From Schizochytrium sp. TIO01 (lineage: Eukaryota > Protista > Bigyra: Labyrinthulomycetes), in the NCBI GenBank assembly GCA_004764695.1, contig SMSO01000006.1, positions 1,503,859 to 1,567,858 of the forward strand: a stretch of 64,000 bases of DNA, given 5' to 3'. Under the pieces are notes generated by a model. It ran no database searches, had not been told where the DNA came from, and worked only from the letters and a program-made list of their open reading frames with translations. Positions 1 to 11,607 of the stretch are shown here, in pieces (position 1 is the stretch's first letter; each line of letters begins with the position of its first letter). A program made the position numbers and the translations under genes.

Positions 1-1819
1 ACTGGTAAGAGGTAGTAGCTTCCTTTGCCATAAGTTTATCAAATAAACTCCAGCTGAAGAACAGAGAGTTGTATTCTGATTCATCATCTTGATTACTGTT
101 GGAAGCCAGGGAGATTTGATCTTCATGAACTTCACGCTCACTCTGTTCGCCCTGGCCTTGTCGAGGGGCATCCTGAATAGCCCAGTTGCTGCCATCTTCA
201 TGTTCTTGTGCGCGGTGCTCGGCTTCAGTGGTAGGCTCGGCATCGTTTCCGGAGCCAACACGTCCAACATCCGAGGCAGTCTTAGTCATCATGGAGACAC
301 CAAAAAGAATCGCTGTGTAAACCCAGAAGCTAACAGCTGCAAAGTGCAAGAAGTTTGCCTGAGTGAAGAAACCGAACATCTTTTTACCCGCGACGTCTTC
401 AATGACTTCGAGCACCAGACGGCAACCTCCAACGGTGACACCAGTTTTCAAGGTGACTTGGCCGCCACGACGATTCGGAATTCGAGAAATCATACCCCAA
501 ATGTATACACACAGCAACGGCGGGCCAAGATAAGCCTGTGGCTTGTTGATGATTGTGAAGAGGCTATTGCCAAGATAAGGCATAACTGGGAGCCAAGCAA
601 GGGCAAGGCCAGCGAGTACAACAATCGTGATACGTCCAACAGAAACAAGACGCTCCTCGGTCGACTCCGGGTACCAATGTTGCCAGATGTTGAGCGCAAA
701 TAGGGTGCCAGCCGAGTTGAAGACGCTTGCAAGGGCTGACATGAGTGCTGATAGCATGCTGGCAATAATTAGTCCACGCATATTCTTGGGCACAACATTG
801 AGAACGAGCCACGGATATGCGGTATCAAAGTTAAACTCGGCTTGTTCCTGTGGCGTAAGGCGCTCTTCAACGAGAACACGGGCGCAGAGGCCAGGGACAA
901 CCATGATAAAGAAAGGGATGAACTTGAGGGTTGCAGCAAAAATGCATCCAACCTGTCCATGCGCAACATTTTTAGCTGCGAGCGTACGTTGGACAATGAC
1001 TTGGTCAACGCCAAAATACCATGGTGCAAATGTGTAGAAGCCGAAGATGAAACCAGTCCAGGGCATTGTCGGGTCAGAGCTGGGGCGGAAGAGATCCATA
1101 AAACGTGGATCGACGTCGTCAAGGTTGTCCACAGATTCGACAAGTCCAGACCAGCCATTGACCGAGTTGAGACAATAGCCAAGCATAAGAAATCCACCAA
1201 GAACGAGAACAACCGTCTGCAAGACTTCGGTGTAGATGACGGCCTCAAGGCCACCAACAACGGTGTAGAGGGTCGTAAAAGCGATGAGGAGGACTACTGC
1301 AAGGGTCTTGTTGACATCAAGGAGCTCGACGAGAATAAGCTGACCGGCAAAGAGGGTTGCACTGATGCGGGACAACACATACACAGCCAGCGAGACGGCG
1401 ATCATAATGGTACGGCACTGGTAGCTGTAACGACGCTCTAGATAGTCTGGTGTGGTTTCTACGCCACTGTTAAGGTAGGTTGGCAGAAAAAACATACCCA
1501 AAAGAAGGATACAAATGACGGCACCAATTTCGTAAAAGGCTGTGGCCACACCAGATTTTGCTGCACCTCCCGCGAGGCCTACAAAGTGTTCACTGCCAAT
1601 GTTACTTGCAAAGAGCGAGAACCCGACAGCCACATAGCGCACGCTGCGATCTGCAAGAAAGTATCCGGCTGTAGACTGTTGTTTACCTCCGCGAAAGCTG
1701 ACCCAGCCGAAAATGATGATCACTACTACATAGTACAGGATAAGGGTGATCCAATCTCCGGGACCCATGGCGGAGCCCAGGTTCTCGCTGGCAACCGTGC
1801 TCGTCGAGGTGTCCGACAT
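1..1819 (-). CDS. Sodium:solute symporter, SLC5/SGLT-like Na+/sugar cotransporter (3' end beyond window edge)
   Basis: Manual minus-strand translation from ATG at 1819 stays open to the window edge: MSDTSTSTVAS...GYFLADRSV...FSLFASNIGSEHFVGLAGG...TTPDYLERRY...VGGLEAVIYTEVLQ...DQVIVQRTLAAKN...LMSALASVFNSAGTLF...AYLGPP...NFLHFAA. These are hallmark SSS/SGLT motifs. Missing from the ORF track because no stop codon lies in the window. Confidence 0.95.
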   Translation of the reverse strand, partial: MSDTSTSTVASENLGSAMGPGDWITLILYYVVVIIIFGWVSFRGGKQQSTAGYFLADRSVRYVAVGFSLFASNIGSEHFVGLAGGAAKSGVATAFYEIGAVICILLLGMFFLPTYLNSGVETTPDYLERRYSYQCRTIMIAVSLAVYVLSRISATLFAGQLILVELLDVNKTLAVVLLIAFTTLYTVVGGLEAVIYTEVLQTVVLVLGGFLMLGYCLNSVNGWSGLVESVDNLDDVDPRFMDLFRPSSDPTMPWTGFIFGFYTFAPWYFGVDQVIVQRTLAAKNVAHGQVGCIFAATLKFIPFFIMVVPGLCARVLVEERLTPQEQAEFNFDTAYPWLVLNVVPKNMRGLIIASMLSALMSALASVFNSAGTLFALNIWQHWYPESTEERLVSVGRITIVVLAGLALAWLPVMPYLGNSLFTIINKPQAYLGPPLLCVYIWGMISRIPNRRGGQVTLKTGVTVGGCRLVLEVIEDVAGKKMFGFFTQANFLHFAAVSFWVYTAILFGVSMMTKTASDVGRVGSGNDAEPTTEAEHRAQEHEDGSNWAIQDAPRQGQGEQSEREVHEDQISLASNSNQDDESEYNSLFFSWSLFDKLMAKEATTSYQ

Positions 1820-3165
1820 TTTGCTCTAGTGTTAGAGACTAGCACAGCAACGTTTCAATCTTCAGCAAGCTTGAGGTTTTGCTCAGAAGCTAGTAGCGTA
1901 GTCACGAGGTGAAAGTGAGGTTTTTCTCGTTATGCCTTGGGGGGCGTTTATTGGAAGTCTGATCTAAACTATAGAAGATCTGTTTTGTGACGCGCAAAAG
2001 ATTCACGCAGTACGTCACGAAGATCAACTGCAGACAACTGTTCACTGAGGATCTACAAGCAGCAGGGAAGGCGCAAATAAAGAATTCTACGCCAGCCAAG
2101 TCGCGTGAACTGCGCAAGTGGAACAACGTGGTCGGGCCCTTAGAACAGCAAGTACCAAGCTAGCCTTTTTTCTTCAATAACAAGATCTCCTGGATGACCC
2201 GAAGGACTTTGCCACAGAAACTTGGGGTGGGCCGAGTTCCAGCTCGACGTGTCGAGCAGACTGCACAAAACGGAGTGCCCGCAACCAGTCGAGCACAGCT
2301 AGCTCCGCAGCGGTCTGGCGTGCGAGATCTGCGTAGTCCCGCGTGTTCGTTCGGTCTCTGTCGAGGACCTGCTCCAGTTTTCAATCAAAATTTATAAAAC
2401 AATCCTCAACGACGACGGAGGAGAAAAGAAAGTTCAACTAACTAAGAAGGGAATAAATCTTAACAAGTACATAGTACCTTATTAGGTACTTATCTAGCAG
2501 TCGTGATTACAAATGCAAATCAAACTTTCTTCCATTTCGCGCTCTTTCTTTTACAGTTTTTAATTGAAAAGTAATCATCGTAAACGCAAAAGAGCGACTG
2601 TTATCAAAGTAAGCTCGTCGAAGGCATTACATTGCACTGCGTTGTGACCTCGTTCACTCTTCGACGTTGCTCAACCGATCGTTCTGCCGGGATCTGCTTT
2701 TGATACGCAGAGACTAACCTGTCCATGTGCCATTAAGCTCCGCACTCTTTGGACCAAAGAAGATGACGTCGATTGCCACTGCGATCAAATAAACAAACAA
2801 AGTAGCAAAGAAGCAAAGAAGTAAATTAGTGAATAAGCAGATGAATAAATAAATAAACAAATAAAAAATAAACAAAAAACAAATAAACAAATAAACAAAT
2901 AAATAATAAATAAGAGAAAGACCTCGAAACTTGAAGAAGAAACCCCAAAATGAATCGCCCACTTCTTCAAACTCGCCTCAAGCCGCCCCGCCTCCACGAT
3001 TGGCCGTCTTCCTTCCCGCACGCGTGATCGAGTTTGTGCAAGCTCGACCTTTCGCTCCAAGTGCATTCAATCAATCAATCAACGCAGAGTTCCGCCGTCG
3101 ATTTGCAAACCAACCCTCTTCATCGCGAGCATTTACTTTATCATAGCAACACTAAACTAAAACAA

Positions 3166-3197
3166 CATTCATTCATTCATTCATTCATTCATTCATT
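3166..3197. repeat. (CATT)n microsatellite
   Basis: About 8 tandem CATT units read directly. Confidence 0.9.
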
Positions 3198-4044
3198 TAC
3201 AGCACTTAAAAACACTCTTTTCTCAATCTTGTTCCACAATCCGCACTCAAAAAGGGGTGACCACCGCGCATAGCGTTTACCCTATACGTACCCTACGCGT
3301 TGCAGCGTCTCTCTTTCTCTATGAGCTCTGCTCTTCTTTTGCTTTTGCACAACTTTCCGCCTTCGAGTCCATCTCAAAGTCTGCAGGGGCCTTCGAGGAC
3401 CCCAAGGCCGTCGCAGAATGTCGCGGAGGCCTCTCCAGAGCCGCCTCAGACTTCTTCCCGCCGTCTTTCCACCTCCTTCAGAGCACGATTATGCTCTTCC
3501 TCCTGAATGAGCGAGAGGAACCAACGAGGAGAAATACTTTTCCTGCGCGCTTCCGCCGTTTACCGTAGCTGGTACTAGCCTACTCCTACCTGGCTCCCCT
3601 TTCCTACAATAGAGGCGGTCTGGCTGTTGGGTAGCCCCATATAGAGATAACAGTAGTAGTGCCGTTCTGTTCTGTTCTCGTTATTTTGTTGTTTGTTCCA
3701 ATTCCGCGCCCGAAAAGACTGTTCGCCGCTTTGTTAAATTTATAATGATAATAATTATGATTTTAAAGAAAAGAAAGAACATCGTGGAAAGAAAAATTGA
3801 TTTTAGTTTTTAAACTTTTGGTAATTGCGTGAGCAAGCAAACTGAAAAGTTTTAGTTTTTCTCAAAAGAAGCCTTTCAGAAAGATGTACTTTCTTTCTGT
3901 ATCGCAGAGCGAGTTTATGGAGCGCCATCTTCGAAAAGGCAGCGCTGACGGTGGCACGGAAGCAGACCATGGCGGCAATGTGGCGGTAAGCGGCGACTTT
4001 TGATTGCGAGTACGAAGGCCTGATCCGACTCCCGTGGGCACACC

Positions 4045-4078
<34 letters not shown>
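4045..4078. repeat. (CTAA)n microsatellite
   Basis: About 8 tandem ACTA/CTAA units read directly. Confidence 0.9.
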
Positions 4079-4227
4079 ATAATTGACTAATTAATAACTT
4101 ACTAACTATGTAGTTGACTGTCTGTTTTAATCATTCTTGTCGTCTCCAATCATCGTCACCTGTAAAAAGACGACAGCACTCATTCACTTCTTCATGATGC
4201 GATATTATGATAATGAAATAGCAATAC

Positions 4228-4316
4228 CTCACTTCACTTCGCTTCACTTCGCTTTACTTCGCTTCACTTCGCTTTACTTTGCTTTACTTTGCTTTGCTTT
4301 ACTTTGCTTTGCTTTG
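4228..4316. repeat. Degenerate pentamer repeat (CTTCA/CTTCG/CTTTA/CTTTG)n
   Basis: About 17 pentamer units drifting from CTTCA to CTTTG. Confidence 0.9.
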
Positions 4317-4664
4317 ATGGCTTAGTTAGTTTCCTCATGTTTGTAAACATCAAAAAAGCCCAATAGGAAGCAGCGCAAAGCTTCGCATCACGCCGAAGAA
4401 GAGGCAGTAAAGCAGCTTCAGGGTAAAACCGAAGATTGAGGAGGCCGGCCTCCTTCTCGAGGATGCGGCTGCGTCGCGTGGCGTCTGAGCCGAGGCACCC
4501 GCATCAGGCCTGGGCCGAGAGAAGACGGACTCGAAACCTGCTCAGGCACAGCCAGCGTCCATTATACCGACCAGTCAACTATTCACGCGTTCGTGTTCTG
4601 TCATTTTCATGGCTAAATAAATCTCTAAGCGGGGAACACGGGGAGAGCGAAACCATTGTGCCGC

Positions 4665-4725
4665 GAATGATTGATTGAATGAATGAATGATTGAATGAAT
4701 GAATGAATGAATGAATGAATGAATG
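4665..4725. repeat. (GAAT/GATT)n microsatellite
   Basis: About 15 tetramer units read directly. Confidence 0.9.
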
Positions 4726-7569
4726 CCACCGACGATAAGCTTGAGGATCGCCTTCAAGAAACTGGATTGATAGCTGGACGAGCGCGCGTGTGCAGCGCTG
4801 TATGGCGGAGGGGCGCGAAGGCGGCACTGCACAAGACGAAGTTGGACTTTATTAAAAAGCGTGTCCCAATGCACACTCGAGGCATCGCGTCGCATGTGAG
4901 GTGTTAACTAGTGCACGCGCCTTATTGGAGATCGAATGGATTGATTGCAGAGCAAACAAAACTACTCCTTTGCGGGTTTGTTTCTATAACTATTCTGGCT
5001 TTGGCACCTGCCCAAAGAGACTTTTGGCCGTGATGACATGATGACACTGGTGGACTTTAAGCTCTTCACGTTGATGAAGATGACACGAACTGAGCTGGCA
5101 GACATGATTTCTTTCGACGATGTTTCAATAAAGATATTGCGAGAACTTTCCATCAAGTATGATCTCTAGGAGGTTTTCCCCGGGTAATGTGGTTGTGGAT
5201 GAACTTCAATTAATGATACGAAGGGTAATCTAGGAATGTCAAATGTTTATATTCCTGCGAGAAGAGGAAACGCAAGTGCAGAGACGAAGGGTTCATGGTG
5301 GTCCTCTCATCATGATCTCGACAATCTACACAACAAAAGCATATCCATAGCCGAAAAAGGTCCAACGAAGAGAATCATTCAAACAGATAGTCATGTAGGG
5401 AATTCTTTTTAATACTATTAAAACAAAAAGTTGAGGTGATTTGAGAGGATCAAAAAAATATGATTGACTAAGAAAACCTTACCCTTGAGATGACGTAAAG
5501 AATGATAGGTAGCTTGATTGCAACGTGTGTAAAGCTGTGCCCATAATTGAAATGATGACTGTCGCAGCCTAAACGAACAAGATCGCGGTTCCTGGTTGTA
5601 CCAAGCTAATCTTGAGTAGATCAATTTGCACCTCCTTGAAGTAGGTATTTGATCCTTGTCGATGCACATGGTGCGTATTACAGTCGCTATTGATAGATGC
5701 CGCCTACGACTAGGTAGTACTACCGTAACTTGTTTCTCACGCGAAGGACAATCAACTTTACATAGACTAGTAAGAACACTACTCTGTCAAAAAAGGCCCT
5801 TAATTCAGGAACACAGGCCCCTCGATGTATCTTGATTATTTAAATGCACAAGATTACACGATTGGCCCTCTCGTGCATCTCGAACGCATTGATCGGTAAC
5901 TGCAGAGGCGATATATGACCTCATCGAACGCCAAAATGATCAGTATATAGGTTTTAATTTAGGTTATGAAACCTCTGCGGTTACAGATATTTTTGCGGTG
6001 CGGTTCACAGACGATCTCAAGGCGGTTTAATCTGATGATGTGGTGGAAGAAGCAGCAAGTTCCTAGTACGAAGGGTGGGTAGGTAGATAGATATCTAGGT
6101 ACTGCATTTACCGCATAGAACTCAAGTTGCGTGGTGTGACGTGAGTGCTAGATGGGTCAATTAAATTGTCTAGTTTGTGAAATGACAATTTGGACAGCAT
6201 CTCGAGAGAGGCTATGAAGCGGTCAGCATTAAACGGTAGTACTAGTGTCTGCTCTTCAAAGAGCAATTGATAGCGCTGGGGTTGAAATTCTCATGAATCA
6301 GGATTCAAGATACTGCTAATATCTATCTTGATAGTGGTAACGTTGTTCCTGCTTCACTCCTCGTGTGATTAGGTGATGCAGGTATTTATGAAGCCACTCT
6401 GATGCTGATCCATTCTTAAGAAACACGAAATGCTAGCTGAGATTGAGACTTGCAACATCAGCAGATGTTTAGGAACGGCTGCAGAGTGAATCGAATGAGC
6501 AACATGTCATTTTTTTAAATACCTAGAAAGAAGAAATGAAATTTCACGGAAAAGCAAAAAAAAATCACAATATTCGAACTTTGGAGTTTAAAAAGCTCAC
6601 ATGGGATTCTTCATAAATTAAAAAACAAAGATGCAGACAAAATAAAATAAGAAATCTCGGCTTCTTCGAATTATTTGAAGCAAGTCGCAGATATTGAAAT
6701 GCTTATTTAGTTTTTGAAATAAACCCTTCGAACCGCTGCGGTTCGCTGTGCTTTCCTAGGTAATTGCTGTACCATTCTCACAATCTCAGGTTCCTCCTGT
6801 TCTGTAGTAGGTCCATGGGCTGAGTCATTCACGACCCGTGCGGAGGGACTTCTTTTATACAAACTTTTGTTGGTACGGCAAGAACTCCTTGAAATGGGTG
6901 GCCAAGTTAACAGACTTATAAAAGAGACTTAAAACCACCATTTGCGGCGCTTCTTCGCGCCGAACATCGGAAGCCCTGTCTCCTGTCCACTCGTTGGCTG
7001 CTTAGAAGAACAGCTAAGTAGCCATAGTAGCGGAATAACACATGCAAACAAAAAGAACTTCATTCGAAGAAGGACTCAAGAAAAAAACAGTGAATATCGA
7101 TCGAGACAGAAGAGAAGTCATCCAAGTGACCAGCTTGAAATAGGAAAACCCGAGCTCTTCAAGATCCAGTTGCTCATCAATATAGAATACCGGAGAGTTG
7201 CAAGAACAAGAAGAAGAAGAAGAACAACAACAACAACAACAAGCAGAAGTTATTATTTATATCCTCCATCGTACCATATCCTGTATTGAATATTCAATAC
7301 GCAACCAATAAAATACAGCGAAGTGAAAAATGAAATGACTGGGCCTAAGCTGAGAGGCGTCTTAAAATAAATTGACGAATTTCCATATACATACTCATCG
7401 AGAGATAACAAACAATAATGGCGACGGCAATGATGATAATAAGGGCAAAAACCACAATGATAGCGCAGGATAAAGATAAAAGCACTATAGGGAGATATAG
7501 GGATAAAGAGAGCGGTGGTTAGGCACTAATTAAAAGAAAGAGCGACAGGTTGTCCACAGAAAGTATGCT

Positions 7570-7615
7570 GATAATGATAATGATGATCATGATCATGATC
7601 ATGATCATGATGATG
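7570..7615. repeat. (GATAAT/GATCAT)n microsatellite
   Basis: Tandem hexamer/trimer units read directly. Confidence 0.85.
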
Positions 7616-8739
7616 CAAGAATTGAGAAAGCGCTTGCGGGATCAATGATGGGCCTGCCAAGACTGCCGAGGACGTTGCCGTCGTCGCGGCGGTCCTTGCG
7701 GTCCCGGAATTGGAGGGTCAGCTGGCTACAGTTGAAGATGCTGATTCTCGCATTTTTGTTCCAAGCAAAGAAAGAAAGAATTCGTCGAAAATTGTTGATA
7801 ATTTTTTATTGTTGTTGCTTTAATTAATTAGGAGGGTAATGGAGTCTGAAAGAAGGATCAGAAGATCAGATAAACGCACCGATTTTGACACAGGAGACTT
7901 CGAAGGACCTCGAAGACATCGAGGGGAGACGACCGTTGCTCTCCTCGCGTACTGCTTGTGCTTGCTTTGCTGTGGCTTTGCAAAGCCGAGCCGAGCTTCC
8001 CGCCGGAGTCTCGCAATTTAGCAGCAACCGCCTCGTCGCTCCCTACCAACCGCGCGAAGTGAGTTATATGCGCTATAACCCACTTGCCCGCGCTTATAGT
8101 TCACTTTGTGCACCTATACCTCACTTGAGGCCGGTGCCGCACAAGTAGAGCAAATCCACCAACCGCCTTGAAAGAAACCAACCAAAAAGGACCATGAAAA
8201 AGAATAAATGTATTTTAATGCTCCCTTACCTCTTCTTCTTCTTCTTCTCTTTCTCCTTCTTCTGGAGAATGACTCTTGTCACCGGCCGAGCTTTGAATTT
8301 GGCGCTGCTGTGGCGTCTCTGCGTTCCCTGCGTGCGTCTCCTCGTGGCCTCGTGGCTGCCAGCTCGCCATGGAGAGACGCGCCCAGGGCGACGAAAGCGC
8401 TTTAGCGAATGAAAAGAAAAACTTTAACCAGACAGACTAAAACATCTGAAAAGGGCGCTACACAGTGGACCATTTGTTTAGCCTATAGTGCGCGAGGGGC
8501 CGCAAGTGGAGTATAGGGAAGAGCTGCATAGTAAGCTGCGCTCGAATAACCGATTGGCCTCTATTTTGTTTGGCGGACACCATTAGCAGACATCCTCTTG
8601 TTGAGGCCTTTGTTTTAGTTTGGTCGGCAGAAGAAGCAGCAGCATCAAATCAATCCGCGCTCTTGAGCTGAGAGCGCGTAGAGCACGTATCGAGCGGGAG
8701 TCTGAGCGAGTCTCGGTGATCGGAGATCAAATAGCGAAG

Positions 8740-10185
8740 ATGGCGCAGTCCGGCGATGACTCCGTGGACGTGCGCGTCGCGAATGACCTGACGGGCAAGC
8801 TCGCTGGCAACATGGATCTGCACATGCTCTTCCCCATCATCGTCTGGCTTCAGGAGCAGGGCTTCTACGACAAGACTGAGCTTGTGGAGGCGACTCTTCA
8901 GTACCTCTCTGCCACCCGCATGTCCGACTACTACCTCGAGGTCGCTGAGGAGAACCCCGGCGCCAGTGCCGACGCAGCTGAGGATATGAAGGTGAAGCAC
9001 GATGAGACCGTCCAGTTGATAGACGAACTCGAGGAGCGCTGCGGTGAGCTTCTCCGCATCCTTCGTGATGAGGAGGCTCTTCAGGAGCTTGTGGCCGCTG
9101 GCAACTTCAACCTCACCTACCTCAGCGAGGAGATGGGCGTCACTGAGGACATGGTTGACGCTTTCTACAACTACGGCAAGGTGCTCTACGAGGTTGGCAA
9201 CTACCAGGGCTCCGTCTACGTTCTTTCTTACTTTCGGGAACTCGCACCGGACCATGAGCTCGCTGTGAAGGCACTGTGGGGAAAGTTGTCCGGAGAGGTC
9301 TTGACTCTCGGTACTCGCGAGAGCGTTGTCACGGCCCTCAAGGACCTGTTGGCGTTGCAGACGCAGATTGACTCTGCCGTGGACGTTCAGGGAGCTATGG
9401 GAGGTGCGCAGGACCTTACCGCCACTCAGCACTTGGAGCTTCTGGCCTTCAGGTCGTGGCTGCTGACATGGAGCTTGTTCATCTTTTTCAAGAACCCGGT
9501 TGACGCGGACGAGGAGGAGACCCCGGACGTTGGCACTGAGTACCCGGCAGCCGAGGACATGCCTGAGTACCTTCTCCTGCAGATGCTTGACTTCTTCATG
9601 GGCCAGAAGCACCTTAACGCCATGCAGACCAACTGCCCCTGGCTTCTGAGGTACGTGTGCGTGGCTATGGTCTGCACCGCCAAGAAGAGCAGGAAATACA
9701 AGGGATGGCTCATCAACGTCGTGCAGCAGGAGGCGTACGAGTTTAGTGACCCTATCACACGCTTCATCACTGCGTTGTACATCGACTACGATTTCGAGAA
9801 GGCCAACGCCTGCCTCAAGGAGTCCATCCCTGTGCTCGAGAGCGACTTCTTCCTCCACCCGTACGCCCAGAAGTTTGTGGACGCTGCTCGTCTTGCCATC
9901 ATCGAGTCTGTGTGCCGTATCCACACCAAGCTCGACACCAACACTCTTGCATCCAGCATCGACCTCGACGCCTCTATGGACGCCGAACAGTGGATTGTGG
10001 ACTTGATCCGGGACATCAAGCTCGACGCCAAGCTCGACTCTGAACAACACTGCATCGTCATGAGCTCCCAGGTGCCCGAGATCCACCAGATGGTTATCGA
10101 CAAGACTAAGGAGCTCGCCTTCCGCACATTCCAGCTCACCAACGAGGTCCAGCAGCTCGCAAACCAGAAGGAGCAGCAGCAGTAA
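8740..10185 (+). CDS. EIF3E: Eukaryotic translation initiation factor 3 subunit e (INT6), PCI-domain protein
   Basis: N-terminal DLTGKLAGNMDLHMLFPII matches the eIF3e DLT..IA..LD.HLVFPL pattern; ALWGKL, RSWLLTWSLFIFF, LNAMQTNCPWLLRY, FSDPITRF, ESDFFL, CRIH, WIVDLIR..LDAKLDS and QMVIDKTK follow eIF3e order. Start moved to the first ATG (8740, gaagATGG); the track start at 8620 is a TTG. Strong C/G-ending codon bias. Confidence 0.93.
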   Translation: MAQSGDDSVDVRVANDLTGKLAGNMDLHMLFPIIVWLQEQGFYDKTELVEATLQYLSATRMSDYYLEVAEENPGASADAAEDMKVKHDETVQLIDELEERCGELLRILRDEEALQELVAAGNFNLTYLSEEMGVTEDMVDAFYNYGKVLYEVGNYQGSVYVLSYFRELAPDHELAVKALWGKLSGEVLTLGTRESVVTALKDLLALQTQIDSAVDVQGAMGGAQDLTATQHLELLAFRSWLLTWSLFIFFKNPVDADEEETPDVGTEYPAAEDMPEYLLLQMLDFFMGQKHLNAMQTNCPWLLRYVCVAMVCTAKKSRKYKGWLINVVQQEAYEFSDPITRFITALYIDYDFEKANACLKESIPVLESDFFLHPYAQKFVDAARLAIIESVCRIHTKLDTNTLASSIDLDASMDAEQWIVDLIRDIKLDAKLDSEQHCIVMSSQVPEIHQMVIDKTKELAFRTFQLTNEVQQLANQKEQQQ

Positions 10186-11607
10186 GTCGTTACGTTGCTC
10201 AGCCTGCGAGCGAGCGAGCTTCTGAGTAAGGCATGATTGGCTATCTGACCATTTGTCTGGTCATTTGCCTTATAGTACGGCCACTCAGCCAGCTGCTCTA
10301 CCACGCAAGCACACATCTAACAGCCTACCCTCCTTGTGCTCTTTCCTCAACCCTCCCTTCTCACTCCTCTTTTTCTTTCTTCTATTCATTTGCTAAATCA
10401 CCCTTCTCGACTCTTTACCTCGTCCCATTCTCTATCCATCTATCCATTGAAGATGATGGTTATGGTCATGGTCATGGTGATGATGATGATGATGCTTCTT
10501 TCACTCGAATGGGGTCGCTTAGTACATCCTCCTACGTCTCAACTTCCTCTCCCTCGTCTACACTCCCTCAAAAAGAACAAGCCTCTCTGCCTCCTCCGTT
10601 TTACTTTTCTAAATCTATTTGCAGATTTTGCGAAAATGGAGTCCACCCGTTAGTCAATCTACCGGGTGGGTGGCTGTGTGCTTTATGATGATGACAGCTT
10701 GCCCACGCACGGTCTCTGCAGCAGGAGCAGCCACATTCATGCGTTTGCTGGTGTAGACTTCGCCACAAGAATTTAGTATATGAGTATGCCTGACTCCTGT
10801 CTTTCACGTCAGAGACCTCAGCAACCTTGCTACATACTACCCCCAAGTGACGACTGCATTCATGCATGCATGCATAGATGCTGCGAAGCCGGAATTTTGA
10901 GTGGTGTGTGGCAATCACTATTTTGAGATACTTGGTCGCTCGCTCCCTCGACATCTTGTAGAGGTTTATTAGCGCATCTACCAAAGTATTTTATCAACTA
11001 CGACGCTCTCTTCACAACGACGACAAATACTTAAACCCCCCTTACACCGATATCAATTCGCAAAACAAAACAAAAATAAAATTAAAAATTGATGTGAACC
11101 AATCTCTTTTTTGACGCGTCTACGCACCGTTTTGAAACCAAACTTTAGCTCTCTCCTCTCATTTTGTTTCTCCGGTCTTGAAACCTAGGTCAAAGTAGGT
11201 GGCCATTAAACTGTGTGATATGTAAGCCTTCCCTCATCTTACCCTCACACGTGGTCCAATCTTCAATTGCCCACGTGCTTGTGTACATCCGCGAACGTGC
11301 GATAAACAAACTTCGGAAAAGAGACTTCTTCTAATTACAAATCTCTTTCTAGAAAACATATACACAATCAGTGCAATAATTCGCATACATGGTGACCCTA
11401 CGATAGTATGGTATGGATTACTATTACATGAAGTGAGGTTTGCAGAAAGTTGACAGCGACCCAATTTAGGGGATCATCGAAAAGCAGTTCGCCATTTTAA
11501 AATGGAGTAAAATAAAAACTGAAGAATGCGCGAAAATCAGAATTATTTGTCAAGAAAATACTGAGGTGCTATCCAGTGGTTGGATCGAGATGAAAATTAT
11601 AAACACT

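Noticed and set aside
89-1441. Plus-strand ORFs of 204, 136 and 199 aa
   Set aside because: Antisense shadows of the minus-strand SGLT gene; no recognisable motifs.
6729-6745. Perfect palindrome CGAACCGC-T-GCGGTTCG
   Set aside because: Single short instance; about what chance allows in 64 kb, with no tRNA or element context.
8620-8739. N-terminal extensions called by the ORF track for eIF3e (and similarly OYE copies 4 and 6)
   Set aside because: They begin at TTG/GTG; homology and the shared AAG-ATG context point to the downstream ATG.
8650-10086. 478-aa minus-strand ORF
   Set aside because: Antisense mirror of eIF3e, explained by strong codon bias that removes antisense stops.
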